Origin: Saprolegnia diclina VS20
Taxonomy: Eukaryota
DNA length: 60,819 nt
Reading direction: 5' to 3'
Assembly (NCBI RefSeq): GCF_000281045.1
Contig: NW_008246125.1
Coordinates: 191,451-252,269, forward strand
Shown here: one piece after another, positions 10,200 through 22,999 of the stretch
Layout of the letters: every line of letters begins with the position of its first letter
How positions within the stretch are numbered: position 1 is the stretch's first letter
The notes under the pieces: generated by a model
The model's input: only the letters and a program-made list of their open reading frames with translations
What the model was told of the DNA's origin: nothing
Database searches by the model: none
Program-made: the position numbers and the translations under genes

Positions 10200-13100
10200 C
10201 AGCAAGCTAGACGGCTACTGCCGCCACGGTTGGCTGCGACTCGCTCCACCACGGGGGGAAACTCCAACTTTTGTTCGAGCGAATAGTATCGCGTCGCATG
10301 CCCTAGCGACAATTATACAAGAATCACCTGTTCAACCCTTGCCCCACGAGTGATGAGGTCAAGCCAAGGACCAGAGGGTCTCGCAAGCGTGCTTGGAGGT
10401 GGACGCCGAGCGACGATTTTCGCAGCTGCAAGTACCAATCGAGCCAACGCCGCCAAGAAGTCCATGTTGGAGAAAACAAGGGGCTGCTCCGTCTCGAAGT
10501 CAACTGCCGAGGTAATACAGTCAATACACGCTCAATTTAGATATCGTTTTGCTATACACTCTCGGGCACGTAGCCGTGCGCCGTGGTCGTCGAGACGGAG
10601 GCGATACACGTGCCGAGCATGTCGTCAAACATAGCGCCGGGCATGTTGGTCGTGAGGTAGATCTTGTTGTCCGGCTCCACGACGCGCGGGTCCAAGTCCA
10701 TTTGGCTCGAGTCCTTCTTCTCGAGGAACGCACGCGCGGCCGGGATGTCGACCCCACCTGTGGGCGTCGACGGCGGCGACGAAATGCCAAACGATGACGC
10801 GGACGACGTCGACGTGCTGCGCGTGATCTCGGGCATCTCGGGGTCACCACGAACACCTGGTGAGAAGGCGATTTCGACGCGGAAACGGTGCTCGTCCTCC
10901 TCCTATATACAGACCATGAGCTTGGAGAGAGCACGACGATGCTGTACCGGCAGCCACGGCTGCTCAAAGACTCGCACGATTATGTGCGCGAGGTAGTCCA
11001 ACTCCGTGACGTGGTCCAGCGCAGAAAGAGCATCGGGTGTGATCATCTTGGCCGGGTCCATCTCGTACTGGATCTTGGGGCCGTCGCCATGGATCTTGTT
11101 GATACCCATTTGCTTGAGAAGCGCATTTGTCACTTCCTCTTCCTCGGGGACAGATGCCGCTGTGCGGATCGGAGACGCTGGCGCCGCAGTCGCCGCAGCC
11201 ACGCGCGACGTCCACGTTGGGCACTGGTGCCGGAGCACGTTTAGGAGCGTGTGCATGTGCGACTCGCTCGTGAAGTAGAGGCGCGTGCGCACTTGCGTGC
11301 CAGGGCTCTTGATGCGTAGCTCCTTCGCAAAAGACGGGTCGAGGCGGTACCCGTTATGCTCGAGGCAGTCCATCTCCTCTGCGTCGTCCGTACAGAGCGG
11401 CAAAAACGACTTGCCGCTGCCATATCCAATAGCACTGTTGACAACTGCGGGCGTCTCGTCACGGGCAATCGTCATGGCCATCGCAATGTCTACGCACATC
11501 ATGAGAAAGAGCTTCGTGTACGATCGCGTAGATCCATCTACCTGAGCGGATCTTGGCGCAGAGCGCTTGGGAGACCTTGGCACCGATCGACTGCTTCTCC
11601 GCCACGTCCATGCCTAATAACAATGGGCTTTCGACCATCGAGATAATTCAAGGAGTACCGTATTCCTGGGGCACGTAGCACGTCACAAAGCACTCGGCGA
11701 GCTCAAAGAGCGCGCGACCGTGCTTGAGGGACATGGCACCCTTGAAGTTGTGAAGCATGTCATACTTGATGCAGTCGTAGATGTCGGGGAGCTTGCTCAG
11801 GTCGTACTCGAGCTTTTTGGCCGAGTAGAAGTCGCGGTACAGTTTCTCCCAGCGCTCCGAGACGAGAACGAGGGTTTCGCCCATGTAAACCTCGTTGACC
11901 GACGGGTCGTTGAGGAGCACGGCAGTCTTCTCGGCCTCGGCGCCAATCTCCTTGATCTCCGTTTTGACGAGCTTGATGAGGTCATGGAGTTTCCGAAGTG
12001 CTTCGAGAGGCTGTGCAATTTGGCGTAGCGCAGCCACCATGGACGCCGTCCCGAGCGGCGCCGCGGCCGCCACGAATGCGTCGACGGATGCATACTCGCG
12101 GTGGAGGAGCTTGCGCATGTTTGCCTTGGTCTTTTCGATCTCTTCGTTGGCGTCGGCCTGGCCCGAGTGGTCGAGCATCTTGTTCGCGTCCTTGTCGAGC
12201 GTCGTGACAAGACTCACGAGAATCGGCGTCAGGTCGCCTTCGAGCTCGAGGAAGCCCTTTGCGAATGCCGCCGCCGTCATCTGGACGCGCCCTTCGTCCG
12301 ACGTGAAGATCTTCAGGTCGTGTCGAAACGTCGAGTGCAGCCGGAGGAGCCCGCCTGCGACACACGATGATCCTGGGCGTCGAGCGCGATAGGGTCATAC
12401 CTTCTTCAACAGGATAAAGCTCGTTGCGGAATCGGTTGCCGAGTTGCTCGCCCTGACGCTTGCCCGTCTCGGTGAGATCGCCGCCCCACTTCATAATAAG
12501 GAGCAGCTCGGAATTGGTGCCGGACGCGGATGATGGTGGCATATACTCGCGCCGAGGCTTGAACTGCACCTTGCGGTTGATACCGGCAAACTTCCAGCGC
12601 TCCAGTACGCGCTTGATTTGCAGCAGTTTCTCAAAGCTGTCGCCACCTGCACGCTCGGCATGAGTTCCATTCGTACACGTTGGCGCGTCGGACCTTCTTT
12701 TTCCCAGACCGCGCCTTTCGAGCCGACGTTGGGGGCATACTCCTTGATGAGGTTGCGCACAATGTCGAGGAGTTCTTGCAGATCCATGACCGCCTTGACC
12801 TTGACCTCGTCAAACTTGTCCTTCGTGCGCCGCTTCTCGTAAAAATTGACGAGGCTCGACGCCCACACGCGCGTCTTGAGCTTTTGCTTGGGCGTGCGGT
12901 CGCCGTGACGCTACTCCTGTTGCTTAAGACCACTTGCTACACTCGCTGGGTACGTACGACGATCGCAATCACGGCGCGTAGCTCCTCCTTCTTCTCGTGC
13001 CAGTTGTGGTGCATGTCGTCAGTTGACGTTGACGAGCTCGAGCTGAGGCGCGAGTGGGAAGGCGGGGGCGGGTGCGTCCCCGGAGAGCCAAAGCTGCCCG

Positions 13101-14321
13101 AGAGGTGTTCGAACGGGTCGGACGAGTGCGACGAGCCCAGTGTTGGGTAGTGATTGTCGACGAGCGGTTCGGTTGAGAAGGGTGGCGGCGAGTACGACGG
13201 GCTTGGCGGGTACCGCGGCGACCGGCTGCTGCGATTGTTGCGGTAGCGCAATGCCGTGAGGAGATAGTTCTGCAGCACGAGGCCGCAGTCGTCGTAGTAC
13301 TTTTTCGAGTTTTTGACAAAGCTCCAGCCGTTGACGTCGCAAACGTACGACGTGCCGCGGACGCGAAGAAGGTCGAAGCCGCACACGGTTTGCTGGAACG
13401 CGAGGCAGACCTTGCGCGCAATGTCCTTCTCGACAGAGTTGAGAATGACCGGGTACCGCACTTCCTTCCCAACGCTGTCGCGCATGACACGCCCGTCGAG
13501 AACGGGCGACTTGCGCGCTTCGGCGTGGCCATAGTTGGGCCCGACGGTGTACACCTTGACGTCCGTGCCCTGCGTATTGAGAAACTCTTCGTAAATGTAC
13601 GAGCCTTCGCGGCGCACCTATCACTCAGGAGCTCGCTTGGAGCGAAAGAGAAGCAGCGTACCTGGTTGACGTCAGGGTAAAACTCGGACGACCGGTCGCC
13701 AACTTTTCGAAAGAGGCGCTTGCTGCCGCCACCGGCGCTCGTTGGGTAGTAGATGTAAATGTTGTGGTCCTCGGCGTTCGCAGGCTTCTCGACGAACGGC
13801 TTGTTGATCTGAACGCCGTTGACGATGATGCAGTTTTCGCTCTCTTCCAGTACGTCTGGGGCTGGGCCGTCACGGTTAACGATCGCGTGGCGCGGGACGT
13901 TGACGCCGTTGCGAATGAGCACCTCGTAGACCTTGCGCCGGTCGAAAAGCACGTGCTGCATCGAGAGGTCGTTCACAAGCACGGGTCGGCGCAGCTGCAC
14001 GTAGCGCTCGGCCTTCTCGAGCGGGAAGCCCGTCGAGTAGAAGCTGAACATGGCGTCGCAGATCGGCCAGTCCTCGATCGGCTGGCGCAGCGTCATTTCG
14101 TCCGTGAAGACAACGAGGTCAAATTGCTTCTTCTTGTTGAGGCGCCGGAGAATCTCTTGCATCGGCTTGGACCGAGTCTTCTTCTCCATGGCGCAGACGC
14201 CCACGACGTAGCGGCGGGACATGGCTGGCGACGTCCGCACGGCCGCGAAGGTTGTCGCGCGGTCGTCGTCCGAGAGCGTCGGCGACGGCGGCAGCGGGAT
14301 CGGGAAGCTGCTGCTGCTCAT
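10200..14321 (-). CDS. VIP1: Inositol hexakisphosphate and diphosphoinositol-pentakisphosphate kinase (PPIP5K/Vip1), multi-exon; 3' end uncertain
   Basis: ATP-grasp kinase motifs [36 protein letters not shown]; histidine phosphatase motif [28 protein letters not shown]. Confidence 0.95.
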
Positions 14322-15221
14322 GACGGCGCCGTTTGTACAGTGTATAAAAATAAGGCGTGGGTTTCGAAACACACCTGCGCCATGACGCGGGCCAATCAGC
14401 ACGAGCTTTGGCGCTCCACCGCACGCCCATTGGTCAGATCAAAAATCGAAGCTGAGCGGCCAGACCAGCCGGGGGATGGGCGCCACCACCAACGCCGCCG
14501 AGTAGCCGCAGTGTGCACATATAGATGACAGGGCGAGACATCACCGCAGATTCGCCAGCCCGTTTCGTACGGTCTTGCATCTCGGGAAACACAACCCGCG
14601 CGACGGCCCAACCCTGGTCGTGTCGCAAAGCCAGGGCGATTTCGTGTGGCGCCGCTGAATCGCAGGACTCAGATCGCAGTGTAGCGGCTTCAACGGCTCC
14701 AAGCGACTGGCCCTTTTACGCCAAGCCTCTATGCATCAAGGCCGAATCCCGGGCCGAATCCTGGAGATTCGAGTGGATAGGAGGGACGCAGGTGCGTTCT
14801 TGTGGGTACGTACTTGCCTCGTCAGTCCGTGCGCGCCACTGACGACGGGCGTCAAATGCTCTGCCCGATGCAAGAGCAGGCATGTCAAGATGGCCATAAA
14901 GAACGTGCACACGGCATAAAGAAGCTGCTCGTCACATGTCTGGGCGTCGTCCTTGGTGCTGCAAAAGCAAAGATTTCGCTTTACGAGTTGCATTCTCACC
15001 AATTTGTAGCAGCAGACAGGCGACGCGTAGGACATCCTGTGCACACTTCAAGGATGTTCGCGATCCGTCGGAGCGCTTCGAGTCACGTGATTGGTCCATG
15101 AATTGTCCCTTTTCGACGAATCACTGACGCGAATGCACGGCGGCACTTTTAAAAATGTTTACAAATGCCAAGTGGATCGGTCATATTATTTTGCACACCG
15201 ATCGGGACCCCAGAAAGGATA

Positions 15222-16258
15222 ATGCTCAAGAAGTTGCTTGTCGTCGGTGGCTCGGGCGCGCTCGGTCGTGGCGTCGCCGCCCGCTTTAGCGCGGCCAATT
15301 GGTCCGTCGTCAACGTGGACTACTCGTAAGTACATGGCCGCGTACTCCTCATCTCTCAGAACGCTTGCTGCTGCAGGGCGAACCCCGACTCGGCCACGAA
15401 CGTGACCCTCAAGACGCAGCAAAGCTCGCTCGCCCAGCTGCCGACGATTCTCGCTGCGATCAAGGACGAGTACGATCATGTGAATGCTGTTTTGTGAGTC
15501 TTATGTGCATGTACGTAGGAAGGTTGATGCGGTCGTGTGCGCAGCTGGCGGCTGGGCTGGCGGCAGCATTGCGAGCACCGAGACCCTCGAGAACTTGTCG
15601 ACCATGTACTCGATGAACATGGAGTCTGCTTTGCTCGGTACGATGCATGCGATGGTCCCGCATTGCTTCACGGAAGTACGTAGCGGCGCATTTGGCGGCC
15701 ACAAAGATGAACCCTGGTGGTCTTCTTGTGCTCACGGGTTCCGTCGCGGCCCTCCAAGGTGCATCCACATTGCCACATTGCATTCATCTAACCCGTTAAC
15801 TCTAGGCACGCCCGATATGGTCACGTATGGCATGAGCAAGGCGGCAACGCACCAGTTGATTGCGAGCTCGGCGTACGTCCTCATGGCTCCGAGACTGGGA
15901 CTCAAACCGACGGTAGGCCCAAGCTGCCGGAGGCCGCGACCGCGCTTGGCATCCTCCCGATCACAATCGACACGCCAACGAACCGCAAGTACATGGCGGA
16001 CGCGGACTTTTCGACGTGGACGCCGGTTCGTTCGCTCCCGTCATGACGTTGTTGTGACGCTCGTTCTAGGTTGAGGAGATTGGCGACAAGCTCGTCCAGT
16101 GGGCGCAAGGTATCGAGTTGATATTTTCTCTACGATGGCTTGGCTAACGTCACGTGTGTGCAGAGCAAAGCGCGCGCCCGGCGTCCGGCGGCCTTGTCAC
16201 GGTGACAACCACTGGCGGCAAGTCGGAGTGGAAGGCGATTGGGAACCCGTTTGCGTAA
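15222..16258 (+). CDS. QDPR: Dihydropteridine reductase (SDR family), multi-exon
   Basis: VVGGSGALG Rossmann motif; VCAAGGWAGG; YGMSKAATHQL catalytic YxxxK; LPITIDTPTNRKYMADADFSTWTP. Confidence 0.93.
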
Positions 16259-16334
16259 GCCATGGAATGCTTTCACAGCACAAGTATCGCCTGAACCATT
16301 GTGTAACAAATCCACGAGTTGCATGTTACAATGC

Positions 16335-17420
16335 CTATTGCACGGGGCATGGATGAGCGCAAAGGGCATGGCGGCGAAACTGCGGCGGCGAGAACTGGCC
16401 GATGCGCGTGATGGCACCTGGGTCGCGAACGTCCAAGATGACGAGTCCTGCTTTGCGCGTGCACAGGAAAGCAACGCAGTCTAGTGTAACGTCGAGGCTC
16501 GTGACGTCTACATCGGCTGCGACGTACGAGCCGACAAGACGCAGATCGACTTCGTTCGTGCGACGATTGTGGACACGAAGGATGCGGAGCCCTCCGCTGC
16601 CAATAGCAACGTACACGAACGAGTCACGAACGACAACGTGCTCGGCCGCGTAGCCGGGAAACGGGTGCGAACACAGAAGCTCTGGTGCGCACGGGTTGGC
16701 GACGTTGAAAACTTGGAGGCCACCGTAGCTGAAGGCGACGAAGAGTAAAGAGCCAGCGAGCGCCATGTGCCGCGCGTCAAATGCACCGTGCGTGAAGGCC
16801 GCGATCTCGGCAGGCTCAGCCGCGTTTGTCACGTCGAGAACCCGAACGCCGGCGTGACCAAAGCTCACAAAGCCCCAGCCATCAGAAAGGAGCACGAAGC
16901 GGGCCTCGTGGTCGTCGACCTTGAAGCCACCGAGCTCGACGGGGCTCGACGGGTTGGCCACGTCAAGCGTGCGGACGCCAGCGCGGCCAAAGGTCACGAG
17001 GGCAATATCGCCTTGAACAGCAACGCACTTGGCCGCATACCGTGCGTGCACCAGCGCGCCAATCTCGTCAATGTTGGTGTCGATATTCGTGAAGATGCGC
17101 AGACCGGCTTTCCCGCACGCCGTAAATACGATGCGCTTGGCCATGCAAAAGTGCTTCAAGGCCATGCCGCCGTGCCCATCAAACAGCTCCGCAAGTACAG
17201 CAGGCTGCTCCGGCACGGTGACATCAAGCACGAACATGCCCATTTGGCCCAGCGAAATGAATGCTTTGGTGATGCTGCCCATGGCCTCGATACGCGCCCA
17301 CTTGACGCGGCTTGTTTTGAGCACGGGTAGCTTGAGAGCCTCGGGCCACTGCGAAATGAGAGCACAAGCGGACTTGAGCTGAGCCCGCGCCGAAGGCTCC
17401 ATCGTCACGTATGAAGTCAT
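16335..17420 (-). CDS. LVIVD-repeat beta-propeller protein, intronless
   Basis: About seven ~40-aa repeats, e.g. GVRTLDVANPSSPVELG, GVRVLDVTNAAEPAEIA, GGLQVFNVANPCAPELL, AGLVILDVRDP. Confidence 0.85.
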   Translation of the reverse strand: MTSYVTMEPSARAQLKSACALISQWPEALKLPVLKTSRVKWARIEAMGSITKAFISLGQMGMFVLDVTVPEQPAVLAELFDGHGGMALKHFCMAKRIVFTACGKAGLRIFTNIDTNIDEIGALVHARYAAKCVAVQGDIALVTFGRAGVRTLDVANPSSPVELGGFKVDDHEARFVLLSDGWGFVSFGHAGVRVLDVTNAAEPAEIAAFTHGAFDARHMALAGSLLFVAFSYGGLQVFNVANPCAPELLCSHPFPGYAAEHVVVRDSFVYVAIGSGGLRILRVHNRRTNEVDLRLVGSYVAADVDVTSLDVTLDCVAFLCTRKAGLVILDVRDPGAITRIGQFSPPQFRRHALCAHPCPVQ

Positions 17421-17714
17421 GCTCGTCGAAGCCGTTCGTGGAAGAAATTGGATCTTGCGTCGCGAGAGTAATGGGCAATTCCTTCTAGACAGCCCTCTCG
17501 ATGTCGCTTATCTGGATTTCTCTATCGTTTGTATAGCGCTTGTGGCATTATATCTAGCTACAAGCCACATTTGCTCTAAACAGAGGAGTACAGCGAGGTA
17601 CTGCTCGCTATTTGGATCATGAAGTCCAGATCTCAAGGAAGTACCTAATCTCAAGTATTAGTGTTAATAGGTGAGTGTATAGTGTGGTGCTGCTGGCCTG
17701 TCGCAAAGCTCAAG

Positions 17715-18934
17715 ATGAACGCTGCCGCACAATCGTCGGGCAAGGCCAAGGCTGCGCCAAAGGAGGCCGCGCCCCGCGGAGGCGACGCGCTTTACTCGTG
17801 GAGCGACGACCGCCTGAGCGAGGTCCGCGGCAACAAGCTCTGGAGCCAAGACCCCAAGTACTTTCGCCGCGTCCAGGTCTCGCCGGCCGCCACGATGAAG
17901 ATGCTTTCGCACGCGCAGTCGGGCGTTGAGAAGGGCATGAGTTCGCCGGGCGGCAAGCCCGTCGAAATCATGGGTCTGCTCATGGGCCGTCCGTCGACAG
18001 ACCCGTCGAGCCCCAACACGCTCGTGGTCACGGACGCCTTCCCGCTGCCCATCGAGGGGGCCGAGACCCGCGTCTTGGCCGACGACGCCGAAGTCATCAA
18101 CTACATGATCTCACTTGGCGAAGCGACCGAGATCACGCGCAAGGAGAAGTTTATGGGCTGGTACCACAGCCACCCGTTTGACGTGGAAGTCACGTCGCAC
18201 TGCTTCCTCAGCTCAACGGATCTCAGCACGCAGCTCCAGTGGCAGCGCTCGGAAGATCCGCATGGGAACCCGTGGCTTGCAATTGTCATCGACCCGCTCC
18301 GGTCGCTTGCCAAGAAGCGTCCCGAGATGGGTGCATTCCGTGCGTACCCGCCCGAGTACGCACCCCCCGTGAACGAGACGCCAGACGGGACGCTTGTGAC
18401 GGACGACACGGCGCGCGTTGAGCGCTGGGGTAGCTGCTGGAACCGGTATATCAACTCTTTTCGCTTTTCATTCTGAGCGCGTTTCCTCTTGCGTAGGTAC
18501 TATGCGCTCGAGGTCGAGTACTTTATGAGCTCGCTCGGGTCGAACGTCCTGAGCGTGCTTTCGGAGAAGTTTCTCTGGATGCGCACGCTGAGCTCGACTC
18601 CGATGCTCGAGCGCGAGAATCGCGAGCGCTTCTCGGAGCGAATTGCGCTGCTGGCGACAAAACTTGAAGGCTGCGAGTCTATGGTGTCGTCGCAGCGTGG
18701 CTTTGGCTCGTGTACGTCCTCCCACCCACCACCTCTCGAACTTGGATCGCTACTCAAAGACGTCATGGAATAGCGCGTATGAGCAGCGGCTACTATGTTC
18801 CCGACTCGTCCAAGTCCGCGCCCGCGTCCGAGGACTCAGCGCTCGACAAGTGCACGCAAGCAGCGAACGAGCTCTCGATGGAGCACTGCCACGGTCAGAC
18901 GCTCCAGGTCGCCAAGCAGAAGCTCTTCAATTAA
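17715..18934 (+). CDS. CSN5: COP9 signalosome subunit 5 (JAMM/MPN+ deneddylase), 3 exons
   Basis: DPKYFRRVQVS; EIMGLLMG; DAFPLPIEGAETRV; GWYHSHP...LSSTD; AIVIDPLR; YYALEVEYF. Confidence 0.95.
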
Positions 18935-18961
18935 ATACTCTTGCTTAACACGAATCCAAGC

Positions 18962-20861
18962 CTACGTGAATCGGAGGTTCGCGCGCTTGGACTGGCGGTG
19001 CATGTTCATTTCAAAGAGCTCTTCGGCGATGCGTTCTTGCGCCTCAAGCTCCTCTTGCTGTTTTTCGTACGCACGCTTGCGCTCGAGGTCCACAGGCACT
19101 TCGCTCTGGTAGCGTGTAATGAGTGCACTGGCGCGGGGCATGGCGTTCTTCTTGAAGCGCTTGAAGTTGCGTACTCCAGGCACAGGTGCCGTGGCGTCCC
19201 GGATCAAGTACCGCGCGTGTGCTTCGGCTGGCGCGGATTTGCGCACAATGAGTTGACTCGAGACGACTGTTGGTGGTGGCGCGTCGTTCTCGCGCTCGAC
19301 AGGCGTCTTGACATGCTTCTTTTGCATCCACGTCGTTGGCTTCTCGTCCAGCAAAGCGTCGTCGCCCTCCTTGGTCTCGGAGTCGTAAAGCGGTGCCGGC
19401 GGGTCCGGACAAGTCGACTGCACCTTGATGTCTGGTGTCGATGGCGGTGTTTCATGGCGCGCTTTGAGCGTTGGCTTTTTCCAGAGTGGGAGCTTCGCGG
19501 GAACCAACTCGGCTTGCAGTTTAATCTCGGAGCCAACCTGCATTTTGGTCTCGGAGGCAGCCAACTGACTGATTGGCACGGATTCCATCTACGAGACGAT
19601 GAAGCTCGTCGCACGCACGCGTCGTGTACCTTGACGCTGAAAGTCTCTGTCGTGGGCGGGATCGCGACGACGCTCGACTCGATAGCCTCTCGGATCGGTG
19701 GCATCGTCGTCGTCTCAGGTACAAACGATGAGAGAGGTGGTGCGGCTTGTTGCAAAAGTGCGTCGAACGAGTCATCCGAGAGGTACAGCGGAGGCCGCGT
19801 AAAGAGAATGCTCGCCACGAGCTCGTGGTGCATGACGATCGCATGGCGGCGCAGCAGCTGAAGGCGTCGGAGCACGGACGGGTCCCAGTCACGCACGGAG
19901 GCCGACATGACGTCCGACGTCTGCGTGAGCTCAGTTCCATTACCCGGATAGATGATGAGCGGCGTTCGCTTCGTGGATACGACGGCATCAACGAGATCGG
20001 CGTCGTGCGCGAGACTTGGCTCGAGGCACGCCATATAGACGAGCCCGCCCATGGCTTGGACAAGAGGACCCATGGACGTCGGCACCAAAAAGACAACGAA
20101 AAAGCCGTTGTAGAGTGAACAACGACGCGTGTCGAGGAGGTAGGACGGCGTGGCATGGACCTACAATCGCCGGTGCACCACGTGCCGGTCGTCACATACG
20201 ATGGCCTACCTGCTGGGAAGCATTGATCGGAAGGAAGCCTTCGTAGCGCGGGAGGTCACTGGACAAGGATTCACGAGCAACGATAGCTTGGACCCAGTCA
20301 GAGCTCACGACGGGGTGCGCATGGACGAGCGCCCAGAGAATCTTCTCGGTCGCAACAAAGTTGCCGGCGTCCATGAGGCAGTGCGTGATCTCGGGAATTG
20401 GAGTCGTCACGACGTGCATGCCAATAAGTTTGCAGTTCTCGAGGAGCCGGCGACGGTTGGCCTTTTGGATGCGCGAGATGCGAGCGACCTAGTTATGTCT
20501 TGAGCGCGCGCCGGCAACTACAAAGTCAGAATACCATGCGCACGTAGCCGACGACGAGCACCGTGTTCTTGGCGCCAAACGAGATCTTGTCGCCGACGCG
20601 AAGGTCCACGGGCACGTTTTCCTTGATCTGCGCGCCGTTGACGAACGTGCCAAAGCGCGACTTGCTGTCAACGAGCGTGAACGAGGGCAGCTCGGCGATG
20701 CGATCGAGGTGCTCGAGGGCGCCGACGTGTAGCTTTGCGTGCTGGCGCGATATCGACGAGTCGTTTGGGAAGTTGAGCGCGTTGCCCTTGCGCCCGAGCG
20801 TCCACTCGCCCTGCACGAGGCGCAGCGTCACGCCCTCCGACTCCCACTCGAGAACCCACAT
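18962..20861 (-). CDS. NBS1: Nibrin/NBS1 (FHA, tandem BRCT, Mre11-binding motif), multi-exon
   Basis: N-terminal FHA (LGRK...SISRQHA...SRFGTFVNG); BRCT (THCLM...KILWALVHAHPVVSSDW); C-terminal RNFKRFKK and AEELF motifs. Confidence 0.88.
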
Positions 20862-20976
20862 TTCAAGATATTGGATTGGTCAAAATCAGAATTTCACTGT
20901 GATTGGATAAAAAGACAATTGTGGAGCTCGAGAATTCGACATTTCAGCCAATGGCATAGCATTCCATCGATTTACC
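20862..20976. promoter_or_regulatory. Candidate bidirectional promoter shared by NBS1 and SDE2
   Basis: 115 bp between divergent ATGs, containing three ATTGG and one CCAAT. Confidence 0.6.
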
Positions 20977-22909
20977 ATGCGGACGCAACTGCTCGTGGAG
21001 CTCGTGCCGCAGCGGTCGACGGTCTGCCTCTCCTTTGAGCACGCCAATGTGACGCTCGACGACGTCAAGACCCGCCTGCAGGTGCGCGCTTCGTGAGCCC
21101 CCCCCACCTGAAGCTGATGTGTGGCACCTAGGTGGACCAAGAACTGCCGACCGACGCCTTCCGATTCCTCCATGGGACGCAGCTCCTTGACGGGCTTGTG
21201 CCGCATGCGCCCTCTGTCATCCGCGCTGTCCTCGCACACGGTCTTCTCGGTGGCAAGGGCGGCTTCGGTGCCATGCTCCGCAGTCAAGGCAAGGGCGCGG
21301 GCCAGAAGCCGACAACGGATTTCGGGGCCTGTCGGGACTTGAGCGGTCGTCGTTTGCGGCACGTGAACCAAGAGATTGCAATCCAAAAGTGGAACGACGA
21401 AGAGCAGATCCGCGAGCAGCGTAAGCGTGACGGCGTTGACGAGCGCGAGCTGCCGCCGGAAGAGACACCCAGCGGGATTGCCGGCTGGCACCTCAACACG
21501 CCGGCGTGGGCCGAGGGCTTTGGGAAGAAGAAGGGCTCCAAGACCAAGAGAAAACGCAACACGATCATGTGCAACAACTGGCTCCAGGCTCGCGCGCGGT
21601 CGACGCCTCCGGAGGACGCGCCGCGGTGGTGGGGCTGCCCCCGCGGCCGCAATTGCAATTTTGCACACGGTGAAATTGAGCTTCGGGGCGAAGAGCTCAC
21701 GCTCTACAAGCAACAGAAGAAGGACGAGGCGCAGCGTCAGAAGGATGAAGCACTTGCCACCTACTTGCACCCGGTCGCGCCCACGGTACTCGAGACTGAC
21801 GTCAACGACGCGTTCGCTGCCGGGCTTCGCAAGCGTCGCGCGCTGCAGCAAGCGCACGCCGAGCAAAAGCAGGCGCTCGAGACACAGATGGTGTACGCCC
21901 CCGGCGAGACGCGCTGGGCGACGGCGGCGTCCACGGCGGGCGCTTGGCTCGTGCCTCTGAATGGTAACGTCGTTGTTGCACAAGGCACGCCCGAGACGGA
22001 TGCGAGCGTCCTCGGACAGGGCACGTTTGGCACTGCGACTGTCTTTGGGTGCGCCCTGCACTCTGGTCAGTGGTACTACGAGGTTGAGCTCGGCACAGCC
22101 GGCATCATGCAACTCGGGTGGGCTGATGCCATGTTCGAAGCCGATGACGACGAAGGCGACGGTGTGGGCGACCATGTTGCTTCGTGGGCCTATGACGGTC
22201 ACCGCCGTTTGAAATGGACGAATGGCGACTCGACAGCCTACGGCGATTCGTGGGCGCCCGGCGACGTGATTGGCTGCCTCCTGGACCTCGACGCGCGCAC
22301 TGTGTCCTTCTCGCGCAACGGCACGTCCCTCGGCGTCGCGTTTGATGACATTCCGGCTGCGACACCGGCATCTGACTCGACGCTCGGTGGCTTTTACCCG
22401 GCCGTGAGCCTTGAAGCAAACGAGCGGCTGCTCCTCAACATTGGTGACCGCCCGTTTCTCCACTGCCCTGAAAAATACAATCCAGTGCTCCAAGCACTCG
22501 TCAAGGCCAAGGCGCCTTCAACCCCATTTGTCCAGCCAGCTGTATTGACGCCCGTTCACGTGGAAGACCCTTCGACACATCAAAGTGCTGCGCTTGCCGA
22601 AGCGGCCCTGGTCCAAGCTACGCCCGTGCTAGAAGTTTGTGATGAAGCGACATCGCTGCCTGAAGCCAAGATCGACCTCACGGCGTGCACGAGTGTCGAA
22701 GACCTCATTGCTCTTGGGGCTGACACTCTGAAGGTCGAACTTATGGCTCGAGGCATGAAGTGGGGGTACGTCCTGCCCGGCGAGCGATTCATGGCGCTAA
22801 CATTGCTCTGTTTAGTGGTCTCGCTTTGGAGCGTGCCAAGCGTCTGTGGAGTGTCCGTGGTCTCGAGACCATTCCGTCCAAGCTGCTCGCTCGTAAACCA
22901 AAGCAGTAA
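20977..22909 (+). CDS. SDE2: SDE2-like protein: ubiquitin-like fold with GGKGG site, CCCH finger, SPRY domain, C-terminal SAP-like domain; 3 exons
   Basis: LLGGKGGFGAMLR...TTDFGACRDLSGRRLRHVN; CPRGRNCNFAHG; GQWYYEV...MQLGWA...GVGD...SWAYDG...GDVIGCLLD; LGADTLKVELMARGMKWGGLALERAKRLW after splicing. Confidence 0.9.
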
Positions 22910-22999
22910 ACGACGTAGGACCCGTTTGATGGATTATTAAGCGGGTGATGTATCGGTGCAAAAATGAAATGTGCAACATGGACGCGCTGCGTTTACTAC

